From: Blastocystis sp. subtype 4
Taxonomy: Eukaryota
DNA length: 34,069 bases
NCBI RefSeq assembly: GCF_000743755.1
Contig: NW_014569457.1
Coordinates: 1-34,069 of the forward strand
Direction: 5' to 3'
The position numbers and the translations under genes were made by a program. This document shows positions 10,492-21,711 of this stretch, piece after piece (within the stretch, counting starts at the first letter, position 1; each line of letters opens with the position of its first letter). The notes beneath the pieces are model-generated. The model was not told where the DNA came from, ran no database searches, and saw nothing but the letters and a program-made list of their open reading frames with translations.

Positions 10492-12287
10492 ATGTCATCG
10501 GAAGAGGATGTGGGTTCTGATCAGTCATATGATCCAACGCAACCGCTTTTTGATGTATTACTTGATTGCCATGGTAATGATGGAATAGAATGATATGAAT
10601 GATGATGAAGACCTCAAGGCACTTGAACAATTCGATATTATGAGTCGAATTCCTGGAATGACTGAGGAGAAGTGGGAATCGCTCACAGAGTTCCAACGAG
10701 AGGAATTAATTAATGAATATGATAGTGAACGAGAGAGACAAAAGGAATTGAGACGACTTCGGGACAAAAAGAAGTAGTGGTTGAAATCCTATTTTATGAG
10801 ATAGAGGAAAGAAGCGAACAGAGTCTACAGACAAACAAGTGTTGGAATTTGTGGGTGGAGTTATAGATAGGGGGACATCTCAAACCAAGAAGGTTAAGCG
10901 GGATCTACAGCCCATTTCAGACTTCATTGAAGAAGATAGCGAGAACAGTTTTATCGATGAGTGGGTTGGACGTTGAATAGTTTACTAATAGCGAGGAGGA
11001 GGAAGGATATGGAGAAAAGCCAAAGAAGAAAGAGAGATCGAAGACACCAAAGAAACCAAAGAGTAGGAAGAGATGTAGCATTGTTCACTAGAACCTGTGG
11101 ATCACATTGAATTGGAGGATTTAGAGACGATTTATCTTCCTCGAAAGAGAATCCTCTCATTGTTGCAAAATGCCTTCTTTGATGATATTCTTCGAAACGC
11201 CTATGTTCTTCACCGAGAAACAATTGGAAAGGTATAGGACTGAGAACAAATTCATTCGCAGCATCACATCTATCTGATTCGAAAAGTAGTTAATGTCAAA
11301 GAATGCAGCCAAGAATATGTTGTAGATGACGTACTATGCAATAAAGTGGGGTATTTTGTCATTTCATTAATCATCAAGATTTTGGTTCTTACTTATGGTG
11401 ATGATGTTCTTGAAGTGGACATAAATGCAGTGAGCAACGATACATTGAAACCTGAAGACTTTCAAGCCTTTGTAGAAGAACGAGAACACCATGGAGAGAA
11501 ACTCATGACAAAAACAGTCCGAATTTTGTCATTGATTGAAAAATAGGAGTGTAAGAAACGAAGTGATAAAATGAAGGAATTGGAAACAAAAGTGCCAACA
11601 GAGAAAGATATGGCTTCGATCTTATCACGACGTCAACTGACTGTAAGCATGTGAGTGAGTAGTGAGAGATAGGTGGACGTTCATAAAATAAATACTGTCC
11701 GTTTACAGGGAGATTTGATGATCAAAAAGGATAAATTGGAAACAGAGTTACGATTGCTTCAGGAAGACTTAGCGAAAGCTCATAGTCGTGTATATGCTGA
11801 ATTGGATAGTCGAAGAGAAGCATTAGAGAAGGAATTGACTGAAGTGAATAATCGTTTGGAAGAACTGGCTGCTGAGGAGACAGAACGAATTCAGTTGCTC
11901 CAAGAACGAGATGTGAGGATTCGGAATATTGCTGCCAAGCATCAACGATTGAATCAGGAATTGATGAAGAACGCAAATAAGAATCGAGTAGGTGAAAGGA
12001 TGATGGTTGAATCCCAGAAGGAAAATTTCATGTCACGTCGGCCAACTATGCCTTCTGTGTCCTGGTCTACAGGAACAGTGAAGAAGGAGATAGAAGAAGA
12101 CGTTGTTCAAGAACCAGTGAAGAAATTTGAAGAGAAGAAAGTGAATCGTGTGACAGTAGAAGATTATCATGCTTTCGAGTTGAAATTGGATGAACCAGTG
12201 AAAGCAAAGCCTGAGAAAGTCGTTCCTGAAGGTAATCGTCAACGATCAGGAATGTCTCTTGCAGAATATCGTAAGCGATATGGATAA
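10492..12287 (+). CDS. RTF1: PAF1 complex subunit RTF1 (Plus3 domain), multi-exon
   Basis: ESLTEFQREELINE motif; Plus3-like LEDLETIYLPRKRIL...FFDDILRNAYV...LVLTYG...INAVSN...EDF; C-terminal coiled coil and SLAEYRKRYG*. An upstream exon MSSEEDVG... splices in frame. Confidence 0.85.
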
Positions 12288-12293
12288 GAAGGG

Positions 12294-12301
12294 TGTTTGT
12301 T
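12294..12301 (+). terminator. TGTTTGTT element (RTF1)
   Basis: Perfect consensus 6 nt after TAA, directly abutting the opposite-strand element. Confidence 0.8.
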
Positions 12302-12309
12302 ATCAAACA
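12302..12309 (-). terminator. GU-rich polyadenylation element TGTTTGAT (Treslin-like)
   Basis: 7/8 match, 4 nt downstream of the in-frame T at 12314. Confidence 0.7.
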
Positions 12310-12313
12310 AATG

Positions 12314-15135
12314 ATTTCCGTTTACTTGCTATTCTAGTAAGCTGTTGTCCTCGTGATTTAGACACACGATGTTGAACTGTCATAAACTCAATTGAGGATG
12401 CTAACATAGAAGGTGTATTCTGAACTCTCTTCTTCAATGTTTCTACTCGTAATTGCTCTTTCCGTAATCGTGGATCCACTTGAGTGTGTTTGGATGGCTC
12501 TGACTTTACAGTCCTTGTGATTCGCTTCTTTGAAACACGCTTCTTAGGAGGAGATGGTTCAGGTGATAACAAGTCTTGTCTTTGAGGAGGCGTTAGTGGA
12601 CAATCAAGCTCTAATGACCTATAGAGAACGATCATAGTTCGAGGATTGCTCTCACCAAACAAAGGGAAAATGACTCTCTAATTATGGAATTCCAGAAGAA
12701 GTCCTACATCGAAATACTGTTGAGTCCCTTCATTCATATCAAGAATGAATGTGACTTGTTTCATGAGTGATATGATGAGTTCAAGTTCAGGCAAAGGAAT
12801 AGGGTCTCTATGGATCAAAAGTTGATTAGAGAACAACGTGGATGATTTGTGAGAGCTTGGATCTGGTTTGTGTTTGTAGATATCTGGATATTATTACAAG
12901 AACAATGAAACACACATAACCTAATTAAGACTTGAAGAACATACTCACGAAAACGGATTTGAGTCACACCAGGATTCCTTCGAATTCCATATTTCTCTTT
13001 GAGTTGTTGCTTACTGAGTAAGAATCCTCGTAATATCTCAAGAATAGTGAGACTAAGTTCAGTAGGATTCATTTCATTATGATACTCGTGGACTATAGAA
13101 TCAATTCGCTTGAGATACCAATTAACATCCTCTTGAAACATCCCCAGAATCATTCGATAACTACCCATGAAGTTAAATCAACATATCAACTCCTCTTCTA
13201 ATTGTGAATGAAGGATCATTCGAATGTCTCCAACATGTAGGGTTCCTTCTTTTGTTGCTGCTTCTTCGAGATTTGCATGTGTCAACTTATCTCGCAGATC
13301 TGACAAAAATTCCTCTTCGTTTGGTCTGTTTTCTTCCTTCACTCCGGATTGCTGGAGTTTACGGAGAAGTGAATAAGCACACAAGTCCCCAGGAAGAACT
13401 CCAGAGACAGAAATGTCTTCAGATTCATTGGTACTCTTCATATCCTCCAGCATATGGGTCCAATAATGCGTCAGATCTGTAGTTGAGCTGTTCAAAGCCA
13501 TTGAACAATCTTCTTCTTTAAACCCAACAAGGGAAGCAGATTCAAAACCTGCTGGGAAAAACAGATATGCCGATGTGGATGTGAGAGGCAAGAAGATAAC
13601 ATATTGTTCTTGAAGAGTGGCTTGAGCCAGCTTATGAGACAAAAGAAGCGAACGCATAAGTTGGGAAAAGGTGTGTGAGTGAGCCACAATGAGATAGAAA
13701 GGTGTATGGAGTAATGTTTGTACCAATGTAGGATGGTGAGATAACAAGGATGTAATGATAAGAGGAGGCGATGAAACAGGTTGGGATGTCACTGTCTCAG
13801 GGGATTGAGAGACGTTCGTATAGATCATTCGAACTCCTTTCGAAGATATAACCAATTGCTCTTTTGGTATAGTTTCAGGAACTGGTTTGTCTTCCGATTT
13901 GGAGAGATGATGAATGTCAATACAATCAACTTCTTCAACTTGGATATGATTGATAAACAAAGGGAATTTTCGATGTGGAAAACGTTTAGAAGTGTTATGT
14001 AAAGGAAAAAGAAGTGGAGTCGGCAGCAAAGAAGACAAACAAGGTAATGAAAAAGGAATAGCAGACCACTGAAGAGGAATAGAATGAGGCATTGTAGATT
14101 GAGCTTGATACTGTTGACTTAATCCTTGAATCATATCAGATGTAATTGAAGAAGGACCCATATCAATAAAAGTGATTGGTTGTGGATTTGAATGAGGAGA
14201 GAAGGAAGAAGGTCTGGTTTCATAATCCTTCTAGAATGAATCACTGTTCATATGAATACTAGCATAGACGAATCTGCAATGAAAAAGAGATTTGCAGTTG
14301 AACAAGCAGATACTCCAGTCACTTGAAGAGATTCTTGAAGAGAACTAGATAAGACTTAATGCATGTATCCTACTCGATCCATACTTGAATGACAGATCTT
14401 GATGGATTGGTGCTTCCATTACACTAAATGAGAACCCAAAAAATGAGATTACACAAAACTCTCGTTCATCCAGAATGGCCATTTCCTTCCCTATTTGTTG
14501 TTGTAGAGTAGATTTCGAATCTTCTGATGTTGCCTTTTCTATTTCTTGTCGAAGCTTTGTGATTCGGTTTCGTTGTTCTTCACAGGCCATTTTCAGATTC
14601 TCACTTTGGATTATCTTTTCATTGAGTTTCTACCTCTTTGAAAGCTTCTTTCCAATCGAAAGAACATCAAGTAGTTGTGTGATTTGCTGTTTCCATTTCA
14701 TGAAACTGGATGCATTAATTATCTACTGGGTTACATTCGACTTTCAGACTTACTTCAAGTGAATAATCAAACCCAGGCACACTAATGTAGTTCATTTTGT
14801 TTAGGACGGTAATGTACTTATTCAGTTCATTGGTTGTTTTGCCGAGGAATTCTCTTGCATCTAGAAAACGACAACTACGAATCAACCAGTTCATCCACTT
14901 TTACTTCCAGTAACAAGATGATTTCACTTCTTGATAGGCTGTAAGTAATTTGAGTACAACTAAATGGAGTCGTTTGATCACCTTGGCTTGCTACAAATTA
15001 TCCGAGATATTTAAATTCACATCATCCGATGGAAGTGAAGCGATAAACCCAATATCTACAACAAAGGAAAGGGCTGTTGATCTTCAGCTCAAGGATTGTG
15101 ACAAATTCCTACAAATTGTTGATTGAAACATCCAT
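12314..15135 (-). CDS. Divergent Treslin/Sld3 (TICRR)-like replication initiation factor; predicted poly(A)-created stop (the genomic TGA is at 12303-12305)
   Basis: N-terminus FVVDIG...VLKLLTAY...W...RFLDA resembles the Treslin N-terminal domain. FREYVLQVLIRL resembles the Sld3/Treslin core. It is followed by clustered CDK sites LTPP...LSPEPSPPKKR. Confidence 0.6.
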
Positions 15136-15311
15136 GAAAACAGCCACTTCACACGACTCCCTATAATTGTTGAGAAAATGACTAATTCGGCATTCGTTTC
15201 GACAATCTATTTGGCTCAACAGGATCTTGATGCCAATAATAGGGACTAAATGTGTCTTTTTATATGCTGTTTGAGTTACACATCTCCTTGTAAATTGTCA
15301 TCAATTAACGT

Positions 15312-16835
15312 ATGAGGAGAAAAACAGGAGCGATATGCATTGCAATATCGATACTGTTACTGATACTATTCATCTGCTTTCAGTTTACACTTCCGGGAAG
15401 ATTATCCCATGAGTTTTATGTTTCGTCTAGTGTTCAGAGTTATTATGATACGAGCGCATTGATTTCGGAATCAAGTATTCTTTCTTCGGACTCTGTTTCT
15501 GAACCTATAACTTCAGAGGATCCAAAGACAGTAGAGCCAGTTGAATCCTTTATGTCGACTGAGTTTCAACCTGTCGGACTTCCTTTTAGTCGAAAGAACT
15601 GGTATAAACTCTTTCGATATTATCAACAAAAACAGTATAATGTGTCTTCTTTTTACTTCCAACACCATCTACAAGAAGCTATGGAATCTTCCAAGCCTTG
15701 GAGCCTTCTTGAGAGTCGCTATTTTGATATTGTGTATATTCGGGAGGGTTGTATCGATCTTCGTCAGCAACTTCTGATTATTATGAACCCGTCTAGTTCT
15801 ACTCAGTTTGAAAAGAAATATTTACGAAATCCGGAAACTCTTGAATCGCAGATCTATTCGGATGTTAAGATTCCTGGTTTTGAGTTCTATCATCTGTATC
15901 AGGTGGATGCATCGATTCCTAAATCGATTCCTGTTCATTCTTCCAATTTCTCCTGGATTCTGGCCACTCCTCCTTCTTCTCAAGATAGTTGTCTCCAATC
16001 TTTCTTCCAGTATGTTCCTGTGTTCCTTCAATCCATTATTCCGTTTTTCAAAAACGATGTTTGAGATGAGTCTTGGTCTGATCTCTAGCCGGAACTTGTC
16101 ATTCTTCCATTCTTTCCTGTAACAAGGAGAAATCATTGTTCCAAACTAGTCTTTGAGATTTCGCATGCTTCCCTTCTTTCGTCCTCGCTTCTTCTCTATG
16201 GGAAATCACTGCGGAAGGAGATTGGGAATGGAAAGGTTATGTGCTTTCGCAATGTGGTACACCTGTAACTGTAAATTCAGTATAGATCTTATCTACTCCA
16301 TATCGACCTCTGGATCAGATTGTATTTGAACAAACGATCCATTTTGACTGTTTTCGTGCTGCTGCTTACAAACTGTTCAATATCAAACCTTTGATGAACC
16401 TTCAATCTTCTTCTTCGTCTGAAATTACAGGAAAGTTTTTAGTTACGTACTTGTATCGAAAGGGAGATGAAATTGTGTCTGCGAAACAACTGGTCTCGGA
16501 ATTTCCAGAATCATGGGGGTTGAAAGGAAAGTCGTTTAATATGGATGAAAGGAGTTCACGGGAACTAATTTTGTTATATGCCAATTCAGACATCGTTCTT
16601 CGACAGCATGAGGGAGATTCTGATGATTACTATTCGCTGTTCCTTCTTCCTAGAAATGGATATATTCAACTTCAGAATACTTCGGTTTCCATAAAGAGTT
16701 GGACTGAAGTCAATTCTGAGGGACTGCGCATTCTTTTTGTCAAATCGGATCTTTCGCATTCAGGAATATTAAAGCAACTTCGGGCTCTTATTGTTCGAGT
16801 AAAGAGAAGGAAGTATAAAGTGTCATTGAATTCTT
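15312..16835 (+). CDS. Type II membrane glycosyltransferase-like protein (GT61-like); predicted poly(A)-created stop (the genomic TGA is at 16847-16849)
   Basis: N-terminal basic + TM anchor, Ser-rich stem, then CFRNVV, FRAAAYKLFNI, VTYLYR and LYANSDIVLRQHEG...LFLLP, the pattern of a GT61 catalytic domain (degenerate). Confidence 0.55.
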
Positions 16836-16839
16836 CTCT

Positions 16840-16847
16840 TGTTTATT
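16840..16847 (+). terminator. GU-rich polyadenylation element TGTTTATT (GT61-like)
   Basis: 7/8 match, 4 nt downstream of the in-frame T at 16835. Confidence 0.7.
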
Positions 16848-16856
16848 GAAATACTT

Positions 16857-17182
16857 ATGGACGTTGAACAAGCAAAGAATTCAAAGATTGCGGAAATTGA
16901 GAGTGTTCGAAGGCAATATAAGGAGAGTTATCTACGATTGATTCGTGCTCTTAAGGTTGGAGTTAGAGATTCACGATACCCGTTAGATTGATACCAAATC
17001 AACAGGTACTACACCAGAGACAAATCTGCAGAAATTGGGTATTGAAACAGCAACAGTTAGTATTGTAAGGATAGTAGTACTAAATGATGCTGTAGGTTGG
17101 TGCCACAAATGCTGCCTTAGCAGTTGTTGGTGGGATGCGTCTATCATTGATTATGAGCGACTCAAGGATCTCTTCTAAGTAA
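16857..17182 (+). CDS. MED22: Mediator subunit 22-like (2 introns; not in the ORF track)
   Basis: MDVEQAKNSKIAEIESVRRQYKESYLRLIRALKID...QKLGIETATVSIVGATNAALAVVGGMRLSLIMSD aligns by eye with Med22 (IIKTAKI...[25 protein letters not shown]). Confidence 0.65.
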
Positions 17183-17200
17183 GCTTAGGGCTGTAATGAG

Positions 17201-17208
17201 TGTTTGTT
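17201..17208 (+). terminator. TGTTTGTT element (MED22)
   Basis: Perfect consensus 18 nt after the stop. Confidence 0.8.
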
Positions 17209-17481
17209 GTCATTACCTATTTTCGTTCCTTTATACTTTGTCGTGCTCAGAAAGCAGTTTCATTCTTTATCTGTTATGGAGCGTCGTTGTTTCTATTATC
17301 TTACTTTCTCCGCCAACTCTGTTCAAGAACCGTTCTTTTCGTATTACCTTTTCTTGTCCTTTTCTCCACACAAAGCCACTCTGTGGTCCTTCTTTTCAAC
17401 AGTAAGATATTTAAATGAATTATTGGTTGAATACTCATCCAATGATGTAGTTTTAAGGAATTGTGAAAGGAACAACGTGCA

Positions 17482-20186
17482 ATGGAGTGGTCAATTGGAC
17501 GTGTATTAGGAGGATCTCTGGTAGATACTGTTCCTGTATTTGGTAGAGAAGGAAAGTAGGAGCTTGGCGTTTTAGAAACCTAACTACTAGATGTCTGTTT
17601 GTTTGTCATGGATCGAACATTCGAGTCTATGATACCAAAACTTGTAAGTTGCAGAATGTTTTGGTAGGAAGGCGCCTCAGACGGAATTATTTAATAGGTT
17701 GGACATAAAGATCGGATTATAGGATGCTTTCTGAATCCATTCAGCGAGTTTCAACTCTATTCGTATTCTTGTGATGGTGAGATTCGTTTGTGGGACACGC
17801 AAGATGGTGGATGTGTGAAGGCTGTGAAAATTGACGGATTTGGCGAGTTCCTTGAAGTGATTGCCCATCCTACCGAGCCGAATTGCTTGTTTGTAGCTGG
17901 TATTTACAAAGAAGAAGAAAGTGGGATGATAGAAGATCCTTCTGAGTTGTAGATACCAAATATTGGCGAGTATTTGTCTATAATATGAGGTTCAAATGGA
18001 ATGGTCTGTTGATGTGTAGAACTGAAACTATTGTGAAAAGGATTGTTTTAGGAACAGGTCAGAATGTACGTATGGCAGCTCGAGCAACTGATCCTTTCTA
18101 TTCCTGTAAGGAATTAAATCAATTCATGAGATAGATTCAACTTATCAGAATAAGCGATATAATTGTGGAAGCTTTCTGGCCATTATTCATAACCGATCAT
18201 TATTAGTCTACAATACGCTACTTGATGTAGTAACAGTCTTTACTCACGTATCAATGAATAGGATGAGATAAGAGATAGGCCTATGAGTTATACTCTGTCA
18301 CCATTCATCGATCTCAACCCTTGATTCTTACTGGTGATAGTCATGGTCGTATGGATCAGTGGTTTGTATTGCAGAAGGCTGCTACACCCACTGAACAACA
18401 GGAAGAGATTCAGAGAGCGAATGATCAGGATCTGGAGTTGGAGTGGATTCAACAGGATTCGGAGCGATCACCGAAGATCATCACTGAACACCATCCAGTG
18501 AGGTATCACTTCATTTGTCATGTATAGTCCCTTGGAGCTACTCTTCACTGGCATTCTCATCCATTACGTACTATTGTGAGTCCAAGAGAGAGTGATGTGG
18601 TGATCACAGGAGGAGAGGAAGGTGTGATTGTTCTCTGGTACTTAAATACTCACAAACAAGCCTTCATTCCTCGTGTGTGTCCGTTGATCAAACACCTTGC
18701 TTCAACGGATGATGGAGTGCGTTTGGCGGTATGTGGAAATGATAACTCGTTACGATTCGTGGAGGTGTCTCAGAAGGCTATTCGAGCTACTATCACAGGT
18801 CTTGGACTGGGAGCTATTCCTTTCACACCTGCTCTGCATCGTGCAGTACGAGCAGGAATAGCCTTCGATCAACAAGCACAACAGCTTTTGGTTCCCATGG
18901 TTGGAGCTTCAGCTCTCCTTCAGAGTTATGATCCTGAAACAGATCGAGCGTGTGGGATCATTGGTGAAGCGCGTACAGAAACTTCCAAAACCCACCGATC
19001 GGATGTGCGAGGAACTCGTCGAGTCGATCTGATGCGTCTGAGTATGGACAATGCCTGGCTCTTCACAATCGAGCGATGGGTGACATCATCAGGTCCACAT
19101 GCACTGTGGTTGAAAGTATATCATCGTGGTGAAGGTAATTCCTGGTCCCTTTTCGCTGAGATTGCGAATCCTCATCATGATCGAATTCTGTGTCTAGCAG
19201 TGAATCCTCAGAAGAATGAAGTGATCACCACAGATGGAGTGGGTCTGGTGAAGGTATGGGGACTGATTGAGAAGACAAGTCCTCTGAATAATAATGAGTC
19301 TGTGAGTAATGATGAGACATATACGTGGACTTGCTGTCATTCTTTCGTTCACAGTGAGGAACCTGTTACTGGAATCAGCTATTCAAGTGATGGTACGGTG
19401 TACGCTCTATCCAATCCTCATTCTGTCTCTCTCTGGTCAGCTGATACACACACATTACTTCATGTACTCCCTGTTCCATCTCCTGATTCTCCTGTTCATA
19501 TGCATCCTAATTCTAATCATTAGATTCGAAGTATCTCTTTCTTCCATCATTCTTCTATTCTTCTCGCTACCACAGATCATACTCTCTTCCTCTGGGATAC
19601 ACTGACACGTCAGATTCTATGGTGTTTGCATGGGGAGATTCATGCTTCTGCTACTACTCAGTACAATCCTCTGGATGATCCCTTGTTTGCTGTAGCTGTT
19701 CAGAGTCTGTCTTATTTTCATGATTCATTTGTAGAGTCAACACAACCTTCTGTTGATAGCATTCTCATTTTCACTCCTCAGTCTTCTACTCCTATCGCTT
19801 CAGTGACTCTTTCCACACCTGTATTGGCTATGGTTTGGGGTCGGGATTCGGTTCGGCTTGGACGTCGGCTCTGTCTCTTTGCTCTAACTGAGAGACGCGA
19901 AATCATCAAGATTGTGGAAGGAGAAGCATCCGAAGAAGAAGAGTCCCACGGGGATGAAGAGAAAGTGACAGCGTTTGATGAAGTGTTTGATGTGGATCTT
20001 GTGGAGAAACGAGCTCAGACAATTCAGGCCGAAAAGGACTATAGTAATCACTGTGAGAGTGAGTGAAGTGTAGAGGATCTGTTGAATTCAAAGGAGTTCT
20101 ACTCGATTCTGAATGGACCTACTCATATGTTGCCTCCACCATCCATTTTGTTCCAGTCCTTCTTTGACAAGACCATAGGAAAGTAA
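17482..20186 (+). CDS. WDR75: WD repeat protein 75 / Utp17 (t-UTP, SSU processome), multi-exon
   Basis: MEWSIGRVLGGSL...PVFGREGKCLFVCHGSNIRVYDTKT...VGH; TLHWHSHPLRTI...ITGGEEGVIVLW...FIPR; C-terminal GPTHMLPPPSILFQSFF. Confidence 0.9.
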
Positions 20187-20206
20187 TCATTGTTATTTAG
20201 CTGGTT

Positions 20207-20214
20207 TGTTTGTT
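20207..20214 (+). terminator. TGTTTGTT element (WDR75)
   Basis: Perfect consensus 20 nt after the stop. Confidence 0.8.
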
Positions 20215-20262
20215 CATTTAATTCTTCTCATGCTTGATTTTTGACTGAAATTATTGTAAAGT

Positions 20263-21614
20263 ATGTGGGATTTGATTCTGCTTTTGGGATCACTAACATT
20301 TGTGCTGTATGCTCAAATGGACTTGTATCTCCTTTATCGGTCACTGACTGCATCAACTGATGAAATCATCAAAGAGAACTATGGAGAACTTCAGTCTTTC
20401 CCTGAAGTGACTGATTTCTATTGTCCTACTTGTGGACGGCACTTTTCGTCCTATGATCACTGCCACCGTCATTCCGAACTGCGAAATCACAACAAATCGT
20501 CTATCTATTGTCAATATTCCTTCCGTGGTTTGCCCAAATGTCAACGTTCAGCTCCGTAGGTATTTGTATGGGCTGAATGATATTGTGTAGTGTATCGGAG
20601 GAAGAATATCAGTTTGGAAGTTGTTGTTTTGCTGGACGGAAACGAAGGATGGAGGTACGAGACTTTTCCATTAATGAATTGTAGGATATCCACTGGGTAT
20701 CAGCATATGATATCATAAATAAAAACGTTCAACGGCTTCCCGTGATTTACGGTCTTTGTGATGGTCATTTGGGTACAAATGCTGCTCAGTATCTAGCAAA
20801 TCAACTAGAAGCAGTACATACATTTTCATTGGAATCTGATTGTAGTTCCTGTTAATGCGGAATCACGACAGGTTACCTTCTGCAATTGATGTAAAAGACG
20901 CATTTCAAAAAGCACGCGATACTTACATTCATGATTATTGTTATTCTGGTGATATTAGTGGGAGTACAAGTACCATCGTAATAAAGTATGATCTATGCTG
21001 TTCTACTGATTTAGAAATGAAGGAGAGCTCATTATTGCGAATATTGGTGATAGCAGTGCGTATGTCTGCTGTGATGTTGGTTCTTTGTAATCGAATTGAC
21101 TGTAGGAAAAAGGAAATCCGATTCCTGTAACGGCGAGTCATCGAGTAACAAACGATAATGAACGGAAACGGATCCTGGCAATTGGAGGGAAGATTAAAGA
21201 TAAGAGGCTATTTGGTCATCTTTCCCTGTCTCGATCCTTTGGAGACTGCCCTTACAGTTCCTTTCTTTCTGTAGAGCCGTTTATCTATACGATGACGATC
21301 AATCGAGAATTACATCGTTTCATTATTTTAGCTTCGGATGGCGTCTGGGACTATGTTAAGATCTTTTCTATAATTCATTTCTAGCTATCAATCAAGGAAG
21401 CGAAAGATATTGTGGATCATCTATTTCAAGATGATATATCCTTTTCAGATAACTAAAATCGTCTTTCTTAACGTTGTACTTGATTCAACGCTTGTCTAGA
21501 CGCGGTATTCGAAAACTCTTGGACAAAGCAGCACGAATGATTTCATACGAAGCTTATGTCCGAGGAAGTTCAGATAACATTTGTACTATGGTGATTTCTC
21601 TTCTAGATGACTAG
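20263..21614 (+). CDS. PP2C (PPM) phosphatase with an N-terminal membrane anchor and a C2H2-like finger
   Basis: GRKRRMED, CDGHLG, STST, ANIGDS, LSLSRSFGD, LASDGVWD and GSSDNICT motifs. The N-terminal hydrophobic stretch is followed by CPTCGRHF...HCHRH...H. Confidence 0.9.
21436..21479 (+). other. U12-type AT-AC intron (44 nt) in the PP2C gene
   Basis: 5' ATATCCTTTT, branch TTCTTAAC (21465-21472), 3' GTAC. Removal joins FQDD|LIQR in frame with the terminal GSSDN motif; read-through hits TAA. Confidence 0.9.
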
Positions 21615-21621
21615 AGATATG

Positions 21622-21629
21622 TGTTTGTT
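21622..21629 (+). terminator. TGTTTGTT element (PP2C)
   Basis: Perfect consensus 7 nt after TAG. Confidence 0.8.
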
Positions 21630-21711
21630 GAAAACCGATAAGTGCGGGAATTTTGACTTCCTGTAGACTCCCTAAGTTTCCCCTTCTTTATCTACTCTCA
21701 TATCTAAAAGA

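Noticed and set aside
10352..10696. 114 aa minus ORF
   Set aside because: It overlaps tRNA-Gly and RTF1 antisense; spurious.
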